The notes beneath the pieces were generated by a model, which saw only the letters and a program-made list of their open reading frames with translations, searched no databases and was not told the DNA's origin. Below are positions 1 through 10,696 of a DNA stretch of 64,000 nucleotides, piece after piece. Source of the stretch: Fistulifera solaris. Taxonomy: Eukaryota. The number at the start of each line of letters is the position of its first letter. Within the stretch, counting starts at the first letter, position 1. The stretch is from positions 186,001 through 250,000 of the forward strand of contig AP026158.1 in assembly GCA_030295235.1 (NCBI GenBank). The letters run 5' to 3'. Made by a program: the position numbers and the translations under genes.

Positions 1-503
1 CGTTGTATCTGGCAAGGCTGTAACTTTGTTTTGCTGGGTTTATAGAAATCTTGGTCTTGAAATGAAGTAAAACACAAAAGAATAATGAAAGAATTATCGA
101 CCTAATACCATGCTACTCCGTAATCCGTAGTCCGTAATAAATTATAGGGTACTTGTACCAGGTATCTTGTATAGGGTTCAAGATTCTTCTCATTTATTTG
201 GTTTTTGGTTCGTACTACGTACGTACGTAGATCGTTCCGAGTTCCAAGCTGACGTCTCCCATGGAAATTCGGATCCTCTCGGGAATGCTGAGTCCCGGTA
301 GACAGTGACACAAGGAGTAGAGTCGCCGTAGCGTCGTTTTTTTGTTCTGTTTTTCGGTTCTGTTCGGCCGAAACTCATTTTCTCGTTTTTGAGCGAACCG
401 TGACAATAGCAGTGAGAAGCTTTTGCCTCATTCTATTCTTCTACTTCTTGTTTTTCACACCTCTTTTGCTTCCATTCATTGAATCATTCCCTTTTCCTTT
501 ATA

Positions 504-2950
504 ATGTTCAAGTTGATTACTCTACTACGAGTGTTAAGTGTGTTGATTGTTTCGCTGGAACCAGTGTCGACGTTTCCGACGCAACATCGACGACACGGAA
601 TTCTTCCAAATAATAACGTAAGAAAAGGAACCAACGATTTCCTTTTACTACAGTAAGTTCGCTCTCATGTTTCGAAGAATACGCTCTGGTATGATTGTCT
701 CACCTTTGTTTTTTATTTATATATATATATATGACGACGCCAGACCTTGGACGACACGGCTGCAGAATTCGAACGACAATGACCACGACAACGAATCATC
801 ATCATCATCATCATCATCACCGCTTCCCATATTACGATTCTCCAACATCACACTATCGACGACGAAACAATACTTAACGACAACCTGGAATGACCGCATT
901 GTACCGACGTGGGATCGCGTCAAAGTATCCGTCTTTTCCTTTGGTGCTGGTTTAGTCTTTGCCACGTTTGCGCTCTTTGTCCCCATTTGGACTTCCACGC
1001 CTTTCAGCGACAACAAACTCTTTCAACCCGTCACCTTGTTTGAAACCATTTTGAGTGATTTGGAAACCACCTACGTGGATCCCGTCGATACACAACAATT
1101 GTTTCAAACCGGTATTCAAGCCATGTTGCAATCCTTGGATCCCTATACGGAATTTGAAGCCAATAAGGAAGAAGCACAGAATGTTATGGAATCAATTGAT
1201 GGAAAGTATGGAGGAGTCGGATTGGTTATTGCGGGCACGACCAAGTCGGGGGCGGCGGCGGCGGCTACCTCGAACAGTGGCGCAGACACCCAATCAGCCG
1301 ATGATGTCGTACGGGATGTCAGCAGTACTACGGTGGGGACTTCTTTATTACAAGACGACGACGACGACGAAATGGACGAAGACGAGGATGAATTTGATTA
1401 TCAAGTGCGTCAACAAGAAAAACGGCGTTACGAACAAGCTGCTGCGAAAGGAATTCGCGTCGTGAAAGCGTTTGAAGGATACGCGTTCGATTATGGCCTA
1501 CGACCCGGGGATCGATTATTAGCGGTCGATGATCAAATTTTAGACGATAAGACGGTCGAACAAGTCCGCAACGTCCTCCGTGGAACACCAGGGAGTCCCG
1601 TGACGATTCAATTCCAACGAGATGGTGTCGAAGGAATTCAAACCGTCACCATGCCACGACAAGTCGTCCGTATCAATGATGTCAAGTTGGCGACCTTACT
1701 GCATCCGAACGACAATGACCCATCGGTGGGTTACATTCGCGTCAGTGCCTTTTCGAGTGACACAGGCGCCGAGGTCCGTCAAGCCATCTTGAACTTGCAA
1801 CGGGCGGTGGAAGACGCCTCGCACGGCGAGCGCACTTTGGAAAACTTGATTTTGGATTTGCGCGGCAATCCGGGAGGCTTGTTGACGTCAGCTGTCGATG
1901 TGTGCTCGTTGTTTGCTCCCAAGGGGAGTGACATTGTCAGTGCCAAAGGACGGGGCTTTCCGGGTATTTTGTACCGCAGTCGCGTGGATCCCCTCGTCGA
2001 TCCGCAACGGACCAAGTTGGTGGTGTTGGTGAATGGTCAAACCGCGAGTGCGGCGGAAATTGTCTCGGGGGCGATTCAAGATTTGGATGTGGGAGTCATT
2101 CTGGGAAGTGAACGAACGTTTGGCAAGGGATTGGTGCAAAATGTAGAGAGTTTGCCGTTTGACACGGCTTTGAAATTCACTGTAGCGAAATACTATACAC
2201 CGTCCGGTCGCTGTATTCAAGGAGTTAACTACAAACAGGGAGACAATGACAATGGATTTGGAAAACAAAAGGTAGCCGAACGAGATCGTGTCACGTATTA
2301 TACTCGTATGGGACGTTTGGTCAAAGATGGTGGTGGGATTGAGGCCGATGTGCGTGTTGACGCGCCCAAAGCGAGTGCTTTGGAAGTCACTTTGTTGCGC
2401 AGTGGAATCTTCAATGACTTTGCCGCCTTGTGGAGCCAAAATCACAAACTAACCGACTACGTTAACGCTGATACAAAGAAACTGGATGTCGTCAACGATG
2501 ATACGTACAAGCAATTCATTGCGTACGTCAAAACAACAGCAGCAAGGGAATCTGGAGCTGGAATCGCTTTACAGTAAGCCTCTTACCGATTTGAAGAAGA
2601 CTTTGAAGCAATCGGGATACTTGGGTGCTGAAAAGAGCGTGGAGCAATTGCAAGCACGCATCGTTCGAGACATTGAGAGTGACTTCAACAAGTATCGAAA
2701 AGATTTAATGGAAGATTTATCACAAAGCATATTGTCGCGCTATTTACCCGAAAGTATGCTGATTGAGCGCGGTGTCCAAAACGATGTGCAAGTACAAGCC
2801 GCTATGAGGTTGCTACAAACTCCTGGAAAGTACGAATCGCTCCTAGCTCGTGACACAGATGTTCCAGTAGGATCTGGTAACTTACAAATGGCTCAAGCAG
2901 AAGAGCATCGTCTGAAAGAAGCATTCCGAAAAAGCGTCGCTGAGTTTTGA
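504..2950 (+). CDS. C-terminal processing peptidase (S41A, CtpA/Prc-like) with PDZ domain, probably plastid-targeted
   Basis: Exon 1 (504-652) encodes a signal peptide MFKLITLLRVLSVLIVSLEPVST-FP; phase-compatible GT-AG intron 653-743. Motifs LDPY, DLRGNPGG, catalytic ASAAE (Ser), GKG (Lys), KYYTPSGRCIQ. A frameshift near 2530 joins ORF 2486-2950. Confidence 0.9.
795..819. repeat. (CAT/TCA)n microsatellite encoding poly-Ser
   Basis: Direct reading of atcatcatc... inside the S41 presequence. Confidence 0.85.
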
Positions 2951-3569
2951 GGGTGCCAAAATTCTTTGTCGAGATCTCACTCTCACTCTAGTTTAAGGCA
3001 ACATCCATAGCAGGAATCAAGGGTCATTTTCCGCAACAACTTGAGCGTTTCCTGCTCTAGTGACTCATTCAAGGTCCCGCATGTATGCTTGGAACGAGAA
3101 GAAAGAATAATCACTATTTAGACTCCGTAAGATTTAATCGTCCTGGATCTGACTCGCTTCGAATGTACAAGTGTCTTAGCGAAGCCTTAGATACCAAGTA
3201 TTGTGAGAGCAAGAAAAGCAAAACACCAACTCGGGTGTTGCACAAGACTGCGTAGTCCACCATAGTAGAGAAAAGTGTCTGATGCGTGAAACGTGATGCT
3301 GGTGACTATCGTACTACTACGTAAGTAGAAAGAGTTCAGAAAATTGATGTACAAAAGCTTGCACTCCGAACGCCGGCCACTCCACGAGGTTTTGCCATGT
3401 TTTCCCTTTTTTTCTTCCCTATCATCACACGTCGAAGTTGGACCGGTTGACAAAACCCGCGTTAAAAGTTGGTCCTCTGACCTCGGACAGCATGTCTCAT
3501 TTGCCTCTGCTTGCCTCTTTTCCTAGAATAATCTTGTGATGCAGATTACTAGCTGCTTTTTTCGTCAAG

Positions 3570-5105
3570 ATGACAGATGCGGATGAGCAAATGATGATAC
3601 AGCGGGCACGCACGCACCTGAACGATGTTGTGTTGTACATTCCCGTTGCGACGAAAGCGGCGTATTTAGAGGCCCTCGTGCAATGCCCACATCTCGTCGA
3701 ATCCGAGTCGAATCCTGACAAGTTTCTGCGCTTTGAAAACTTCAATTACTGGAGTGCGGCGGGGCGACTCGTCACGTACTGGAGAAAGCGCAAGGAATAC
3801 TTTGGTGACCGTGCGTTTTTGCCAATGGATTTGAGCGGCGAAGGTGCAATGAACGAGGAAGATTTACGACCCATGGCGGCAGGATGTATAACGATGATTC
3901 CGAATAGTAATATCATTATTCATGATCGAACGTGCGTCAGCGATGCTGGAGATGAAGCAACAAAACTGCGACGACGTTTCTTCTTCATGCAGACTCTCAT
4001 GGATCCTTGCTTTCGAAGCGGTAAAGGCACGAGGCTTTTTATTTACGGTTTTGAAATTTCGGATATGCGGAGAAGAATGAATACAGAGGCGAAACTACTT
4101 TTGAGGATGCGTTTCCCATTCCGAATATGGAAGCGGTGCATTTACTGTTCGTTAAGGAGAAGAGTCAGACTGTGTGGCAATATTTGCTGCCTCTCGGGTT
4201 AGAGCAAATGTCTGGATTAATATCGCAATTAAAGGTTCATAACTTTGACTTGGTCGAGGATATTGCGGAAGGTCTTTCTGGCTACGGCGTTACTCGAAGT
4301 CATCTTCCGCCTAAACTTGGCGGGCACTACACCGTGGAGTTTAGTTCATTTGTGCTGGCGCACAGGCTACCGCTTTTACAGCAAACAGGATTCAAAAGAA
4401 ACTATTTCTTAATTCTTTTGGTGAGAAGCAGGAGGACAGAATTAATAGTGGAGATGTTCACCGCGCTCCTCAACGGGGCTATGAAGGAAAAGGGAGTTTG
4501 GAGCTTCTTCTGGACTATTTCATGAAGAGGGCACCGGATCTACCTGATGTAGCAGAGGCAGATTCGCTGAATCCATTACGACCATTTCCGGGCAGTCCAA
4601 CAAGCGACTCTTGGCAGCATCAAGATGAACTAGCGAATGAGATTTTGAGCCGCGACATCGCAACTTATCAGGGTTTATCTGTTCCCCTGTATCATGACTC
4701 TGATGCAAAGGCGTTGTCTCGCTATCAGTGCTTGGTCCGCCAGCAAATCGAGTTTTTGAATCCACCGAGGATGATGTCTCTTCCTGCATCCGCGGGAGGA
4801 ATCGACTGATCGTATTCGGCCAAGTCGGTATCCGATGCCGTCATTGCGCACACCTGCCACGACAAAATCGAGCGATGGCCGCAACCTACTACCCAACAAC
4901 ACTTGAAGGAATTTACCAGACTGCCCAGAATTTGGCTCGGAAACATTTGATTGGTTCCTGTCCACATGTGCCGCCGGACTGCCGGCAAAGGCTAACGGAC
5001 TTATGCGAGTCGAAATCAGCTCTCGGTACAGGCAAAAGATACTGGGCCGAAAAGGCTCAGATGAGTGGAGTAGTCGAAGACGATTCCATTTTGCGCTTTA
5101 GATGA
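3570..5105 (+). CDS. Diatom-type CRAL-TRIO-like protein fused to a Cys/His-rich C-terminal domain (paralog 1), frameshifted
   Basis: N-terminal AYLEAL..CPHLVE.E.NP..FLRFENFNYWSAAGRLVTYW..RK.YFGDRAFLPM and HLPPKLGG resemble CRAL-TRIO. C-terminal YQCLVRQQIEF..GQVGIRCRHC..YYP..GIYQ..HL..C..G.RYW. Pieces lie in ORFs 3570-4202, 4127-4525, 4498-4809 and 4728-5105. Confidence 0.75.
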
Positions 5106-6248
5106 GAGTGAAATGTAAGAAGAGGGAGTAGCGCCTCGTCCGGAATAGATAAGCAGGGGCGATACCTTCTCTGAGGATAGGCATCTGATCTTCCTCCGAA
5201 CTGGAAATGCCATAATCTACTATAGATGATGCAGCTGATTACCAGACGGAAACCGAAGACTCATTGTTGTGAGAGAATGTCTTCAAGTCAAATAGAAAGT
5301 AGTAGTTCGTTCTCACGCTATTCTAGAGTAGAAGTAATTAGACTAGCCGTGCCGCGCCTCGTTAGTGTTGCTAGTCATACGGCTTAAAAAGTCGTGCCGA
5401 CAAATCAGTTGCTTTTGTGTTCAGACGCATGTGAATTGCCAGTAGCTAGGTTCTTCAAAAGCTGAGAGGAAAAGTGCGTTAGTTATGAAGGAGAAACACT
5501 ACACAATCAATCCTTTTTCGAGTTCAACAACTGTGTTGCAGAACCACTAATACCGATTTTTTCGAAAGGTGCAACAAGGGGTTTAGAGAGCTACTATAAT
5601 TAATCGTGAGTCGTGGGACAGGAGCCAAAAGCTGTCAAGCTACCAGGCATAGAGTCTTACATTGATAGCTATGGTTCAACTCGTTCTCTATAACTTGAGA
5701 GGATATTTTTGCGTATGAAGTCGGCCTGGGAAGACTATGGCTATTAGCTATGGCTCGAGCCTCAAGTGTCTGGCGAAATTTCCAAGAGAACAATAAGAAG
5801 CCCTTGGATCTCTTGGCTCTTGGCTTTCGGCTCTTCGGACTTTTAGGAGAGGGGAAAACCACTGACTGTTCCTGATTTAGACTACTGTACATGAACGACT
5901 GGTCAACTCGGTCGATTTTAAGACGGAGCGAAATGACGATGTACGATAATGCCGCACCTCCCGGTGATCACTTTTTATCCCACAGTTATCGGGCTGGATA
6001 GCCAGTGACCGTCTTTTGAATCGCGAACGACATCCTACGCAGCGTTCATTCGTACAAGGTTTTTACTATCGGCATGTTACCAGGTAACGCTCGGCTTTCT
6101 GATTCGAAAATGACTATGGCCAATACGCTCGAACGCATGATGATGAGTAATGAACGCTACCGTCGGCAAATAACGCCAGAGAGAAAGCATTGCATTGAGT
6201 CAAAGTATCTTTCCTACAAGCAGTGTGCACAGAAGCCACAAAAGAAAA

Positions 6249-7776
6249 ATGAGCTTCGCACAGGATGAGCAAATGATAATGCAACGGGCCCGTGTTCATC
6301 TCAATGAGGTTGTATTGCAGATGCCCGCTGCCGCAAAAGCGGCCTACCTTGAAGCATTAACTCATTGCCCTCATCTCGTAGAGAAGGAAACCAATCCGGA
6401 AATATTTCTGCGCTTTGAAAACTTCAATTACTGGAGTGCGGCGGGGCGACTCGTCACGTACTGGAGAAAGCGCAAGGAATACTTTGGTGACCGTGCGTTT
6501 CTGCCAATGGATTTGAGCGGCGAAGGTGCAATGAACGAGGAAGATATGCAACCCATAGTGACAGGATGCGTTACTATGCTTCCCAATAGCAACATAATCG
6601 TTCTGGATCGAACATCAGCAAGCGACACGGGCGGAATAGCGACTAGGCGCCGGAGGCGATTCTTTTCATACACACACTCATGAGATCTGGTACTTGCCCG
6701 AGACTCATTATTAATGGTTTCGTCGTCTCGGATGTACTTAGAAGAATGAATGCAGAAATGAAAGATCTACTGGCAGATGCATTCCCCATTCCGAGTATTG
6801 GAGAAATTCACGTAATTTTCGTAAAAGCGAAAAATCAGACGGTATGGCAGCATTTACTGCCTCTCGGGTTACAGCAAATGGCTGGCCTTGTTGCGAACGT
6901 TAAAATCCATAACTTTGACACGGTAGAGCAGATTGCGGAAGAGCTTAGCTGTTACGGTGTTACGCGAAGTCATTTACCGCCTCAACTTGGTGGATGTTAC
7001 AACATCGAGTTCAGTTCATTTGTTCTTTCACATAGACTTCCCCTTTCAGCGGTGCATCAGTTGCAAGCCAAAAATATTTTTGTCGAACCTCTGCAACGCC
7101 TGACAAAGCGGCGACGTCACTTTATAGCCTAATCGGAAAAGGTAATCCGCGTTCCTCTTTTCCCCGAGAAAATTCAGTGCTATGACTCTGAAGGAAAAGG
7201 GAGTCTGGAGCTTCTTTTGGATTATTTTATGAAAAAAGCACCCGATCTTCCTGACGTAGCAGAAACAGACTCGCTAAATCCCTTGACACCATTCGATCCC
7301 ATACTTCCAAGCAATCATATCAGTAATTTGTATGCGGATGGTTCGCGTACCGTTCTGCTGTTTAAGGACGCGGATGCGAGTGTCCTCTCCGACTATCAGT
7401 GTCTAGTTCGCCAGCAGATCGAGTTTTTCGAGGCCAACCAGGACGATGTCACTTCTTCCATTCGAGGACGAAACAAGGCAATTGTTCTAGGTCAAGTCGG
7501 TATTCGATGCCGCCACTGCACGCATTTACCACGGCAACAACGGACCATGGCCGCCACATATTTCCCGACCAAACTTGAAGGAATTTACCAGACATCACAA
7601 AACTTAGCTCGGAAGCACTTGATCGGTTCATGTCCATTTGTACCTTGGGACTGCAAAAACGACTAACCGACCTCTGCGAGTCCAAATCTGCGACAGGTAC
7701 GGGGAAACTTTACTGGGCCGAAACAGCATCGACATGTGGAGTATATGAGGATGAATCCATTCTCCGCCTAAAATAG
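6249..7776 (+). CDS. Tandem paralog 2 of the CRAL-TRIO-like / GQVGIRCRHC protein, frameshifted
   Basis: ATG at 6249 (MSFAQDEQMIMQRARVHLN aligns with MTDADEQMMIQRARTHLN). Collinear with paralog 1 throughout; ends ILRLK* at 7774-7776. Confidence 0.75.
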
Positions 7777-8287
7777 AACTGAAACCGTTATCGCCCTAGC
7801 TACAATCTGTGCTTTCCTATTTGTTCTCATCAAGTTATTACTTGAAAAATGAAAAGATTCTTGAGATGAAATTGTAGGTTGTACTCACGGCGTCTGTTGC
7901 TCGATTCTTTGAAGTCCGTACCTGGTAGTCTAGGTGAGTGTGAAATTATATTCTTATGGCGCTGATCGCACGCGGTCATGTGAAAGTATTATTATTTTCG
8001 TCGTATTGAAAATACTCTGCAATCAAGAATTTGTCGACTTTCTTCCAGCATCGGGCTCGACAGATGAGGCGAATTCTTTCGTAAAACAATTCGATTCTTC
8101 TTCAACACAGACTTTGAATTAAAACGGAATACTTAAATGAACGAATAGCTTCGCGTGATGGGTTACGATGAACGATGAACGAATAGATTGCGAGTCGTGA
8201 GTCGTGACTGACTATTAACCAATGACGACAGCTCTAGCTCTTGCTGTAGTCGAACTACATATACACACCCGTTTTCCAGCCGATTCG

Positions 8288-8478
8288 AAAATCGAGTTCT
8301 TCGAAGCCTAGGAAGATGATATCACGTCTTCGATCCGTGGTAGGCAAAAGGCTATCCTTCTCGGTCAAGCCGGTCTCCGATGTCGCCACTGCGCACACCT
8401 TCCACGGCAGAAACGAGCAAAAGCCGCATCCTATTATCCAACTACGCTCGAAGGCGTTTACCAGACGGCCCATAAGAT
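8288..8478 (+). pseudogene. Remnant third copy, C-terminal Cys/His domain only
   Basis: Translates KIEFFEA*EDDITSSIRGRQKAILLGQAGLRCRHCAHLPRQKRAKAASYYPTTLEGVYQTAHK, with in-frame TAG at 8309-8311 and no N-terminal part. Confidence 0.8.
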
Positions 8479-8707
8479 TTAGCGATGTTGTTTCTTTCCA
8501 TCTGCTTAGGGAAGCAACTTTCGAGTTCAGCAGCACAAGTATGAGCGATTTAAGAAACACACTTTCGAATGAGTAAAAATAAAGTCGATTGCGTATGCAA
8601 AACACTTTCTAGAAGATATTCAGTAGTTTACTACAAGTAATCTTTACACTCAAAAGGTTGAATGAGTCGTCTACAGTGGCCACAATACCAAAATGTTAAC
8701 GTAACAT

Positions 8708-9388
8708 TTAAGCCGTCTTACTTTTTCCAAACGAATCTACAATCGCATCCAAGGTCTTTTGCAAAACAGGATACCGAGACTCGGGCGTTTGTGCCGTGAT
8801 CGTCACTAACATCGATCCGGCTCCCCCCGTCGCCCCTTGTTGCAAGGCAAAGATGGCCCGAAAATGCGTCGGCGTCCCTTCGTCCGTCAAGGGTACGGTT
8901 TGTCGATAATCAAAGAAATACGCTTGCTTCGCCGATGTTGCCGATAGCATCTTCGCGAATGGATCGTCTTCGAACCCGGCCAATGCCCCCTTGGGCAGAA
9001 TCGTTTGCGCCGCCACTTGATCGACGGACCCGAAACTCGCCAAGCTGGTAAAATCATCTCGAATAGGTGTATACGCAATCGTTAAAGCCGTACGGCCATC
9101 GGTCGGATCTTGCCAGAGGAGCAATTCCCGTCGATCGCGCAAAACTTTGTTCGAAAAGATCCATTCCGATGGCACCATCAAGGAAAAACCGCGGACAGGA
9201 TCGTCAAAAAGTTGGAGAGAGTCGGCGGTTAGCACCGCGGAAATGGGTGTGACCGGTAACAAGAGAGCACTAGAGGAAGCTAGAGATCCTACGAACCAGA
9301 CCCGACGAGTGATCGCTCGATGTGGTGAGTACGCCAGAGAAAAGTGCAAAAGGGTAGCGAGTATAGCGATTGAATGGAATTGCTTCAT
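8708..9388 (-). CDS. PsbP-domain (PPD-like) thylakoid lumen protein
   Basis: Signal peptide MKQFHSIAILATLLHFSLA-Y; twin-Arg TRR plus hydrophobic stretch ending ISA; GFSLMVPSEW, DFTSLASFGSV, AIVDSF typical of the PsbP fold. Confidence 0.8.
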   Translation of the reverse strand: MKQFHSIAILATLLHFSLAYSPHRAITRRVWFVGSLASSSALLLPVTPISAVLTADSLQLFDDPVRGFSLMVPSEWIFSNKVLRDRRELLLWQDPTDGRTALTIAYTPIRDDFTSLASFGSVDQVAAQTILPKGALAGFEDDPFAKMLSATSAKQAYFFDYRQTVPLTDEGTPTHFRAIFALQQGATGGAGSMLVTITAQTPESRYPVLQKTLDAIVDSFGKSKTA

Positions 9389-9906
9389 GATTTTGTGATG
9401 TTCTTTTGCAGACGACGACGACGACTCGGGGTATTCGTTAGCCTTTTTTGCAGATTGATCACTCTGAAAAGATATTGCGAACAACAGGAAAAGAAAATTG
9501 AAGATTTGAAGGAATTAAAAAACTGCCCAAGCTATAATAATCATCGAACGCTTTTTATTTTATGTGGCGCTCTTGATTTTTTTCTCGCGTCGCACACACG
9601 ACGTCGCACAAAAACGATTGCAGTTTGAACGCGATGCGACACTCTAGTAGCCACCTGCTATGATGCCGTGTCAGTATAAAAAATCGGAAGCGTTCATGAG
9701 TCGACATTGGGAATAGTCACAAAAACAGTACTCCAATCCCATCACCGAGCAAAGGATGACCGCGCATCCTCAGCCGGCGTATCGAGACTGTCTCAACAGG
9801 GAAGCAGATTTTTATATTTCCAATTCGATTATTGCGTATTTCTGCAATAGCTAAACACTTTTGTATTTGCCTTTCCTTTTCCCAAACACTTACTGCTTTT
9901 CATTCA

Positions 9907-10424
9907 ATGATGCGTTCTTGGTTTATTTTCTGCCTCCTCTTGACGGTGATTCAAGCTTATCCGACGGCCGAAATTGTCTCGTGCGGCGGCTGAGCTTTGA
10001 ATCGGCTTCCCGCCCTGAAATCCTTCTTGAAGGACGGAGAAGCCGAATCGTACCGCGGCGTCAAGGTCAAGTACATTGCGGGACGAACAGCCGTCATGAC
10101 AATCTACGATGAAGACGGCCACGAAAAGGAACAAGTACCGTTACATACCATTACGGAAAAGTGCTTACTGCATCAATTGATGAAAGAAAAGGGGTTTGTG
10201 CGAATCTCACCGGAAGAGATTGTCGCGAAAAGTCAAGAAGGATCATTACGAAAATTAGGATTTTCGAATTGGAATCTTTTGCAGAAGAAACGAAGGAGAA
10301 AGACTATTTAGAAGAAACGAGGCCATCGTACAAGTCCATGTTTGGATTGTACGGAGTGGCCCTACTATCACTGGGTGTTATGGGACAAGTAGCGCGAAGA
10401 CGTCGTTTAAAAAGAAGGCGATAG
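9907..10424 (+). CDS. SELENOM: Selenoprotein M-like (Sep15/SelM family) with in-frame UGA selenocysteine codon and a C-terminal transmembrane segment
   Basis: MMRSWFIFCLLLTVIQA-YPTAEIVSCGG[TGA 9991-9993]ALNRLPALKSFL..VKVKYIAGRTAVMTIYD..LMKEKGF matches the SelM CGGU.LNRL pattern. A frameshift near 10255-10265 leads to the tail MFGLYGVALLSLGVMGQVARRRR. Confidence 0.88.
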
Positions 10425-10457
10425 CATAAGCTTGTTCTTATAATCGAAGCGTTTTCG

Positions 10458-10616
10458 AGTCGCTGGAAGGACGCCACCTGCCGGTGGTTGATACACACGA
10501 CAGAAAGGTTTCGAATATGCCAAAAAAAGCCAAAAAAAAGAGAATGAATTGCTGCTGAATGAGTGCGGAAGGACGCTGCCTGCGAGAGGTGGCTGATGCG
10601 GCGGCACTTCCAGCGA
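10458..10616 (+). promoter_or_regulatory. Structured 3'UTR element: two tandem k-turn-like hairpins, candidate non-canonical SECIS
   Basis: GGAAGGAC-gccacc-tgcc-ggtggt-TGAT (10465-10492) and GGAAGGAC-gctgcct-gcgag-aggtggc-TGAT (10567-10597); tcgctggaag 10460-10469 is also complementary to cttccagcga 10607-10616. Confidence 0.5.
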
Positions 10617-10696
10617 ACAGTTCGAACATGTACAGTACAACTATGTTAACAATACTATGCTGATGGATTATGCAAATCACAAGTTTTTATCATGGT

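Noticed and set aside
10465..10482. ggaagg..acctgcc resembling a cobalamin riboswitch fragment
   Set aside because: The other conserved riboswitch elements are absent
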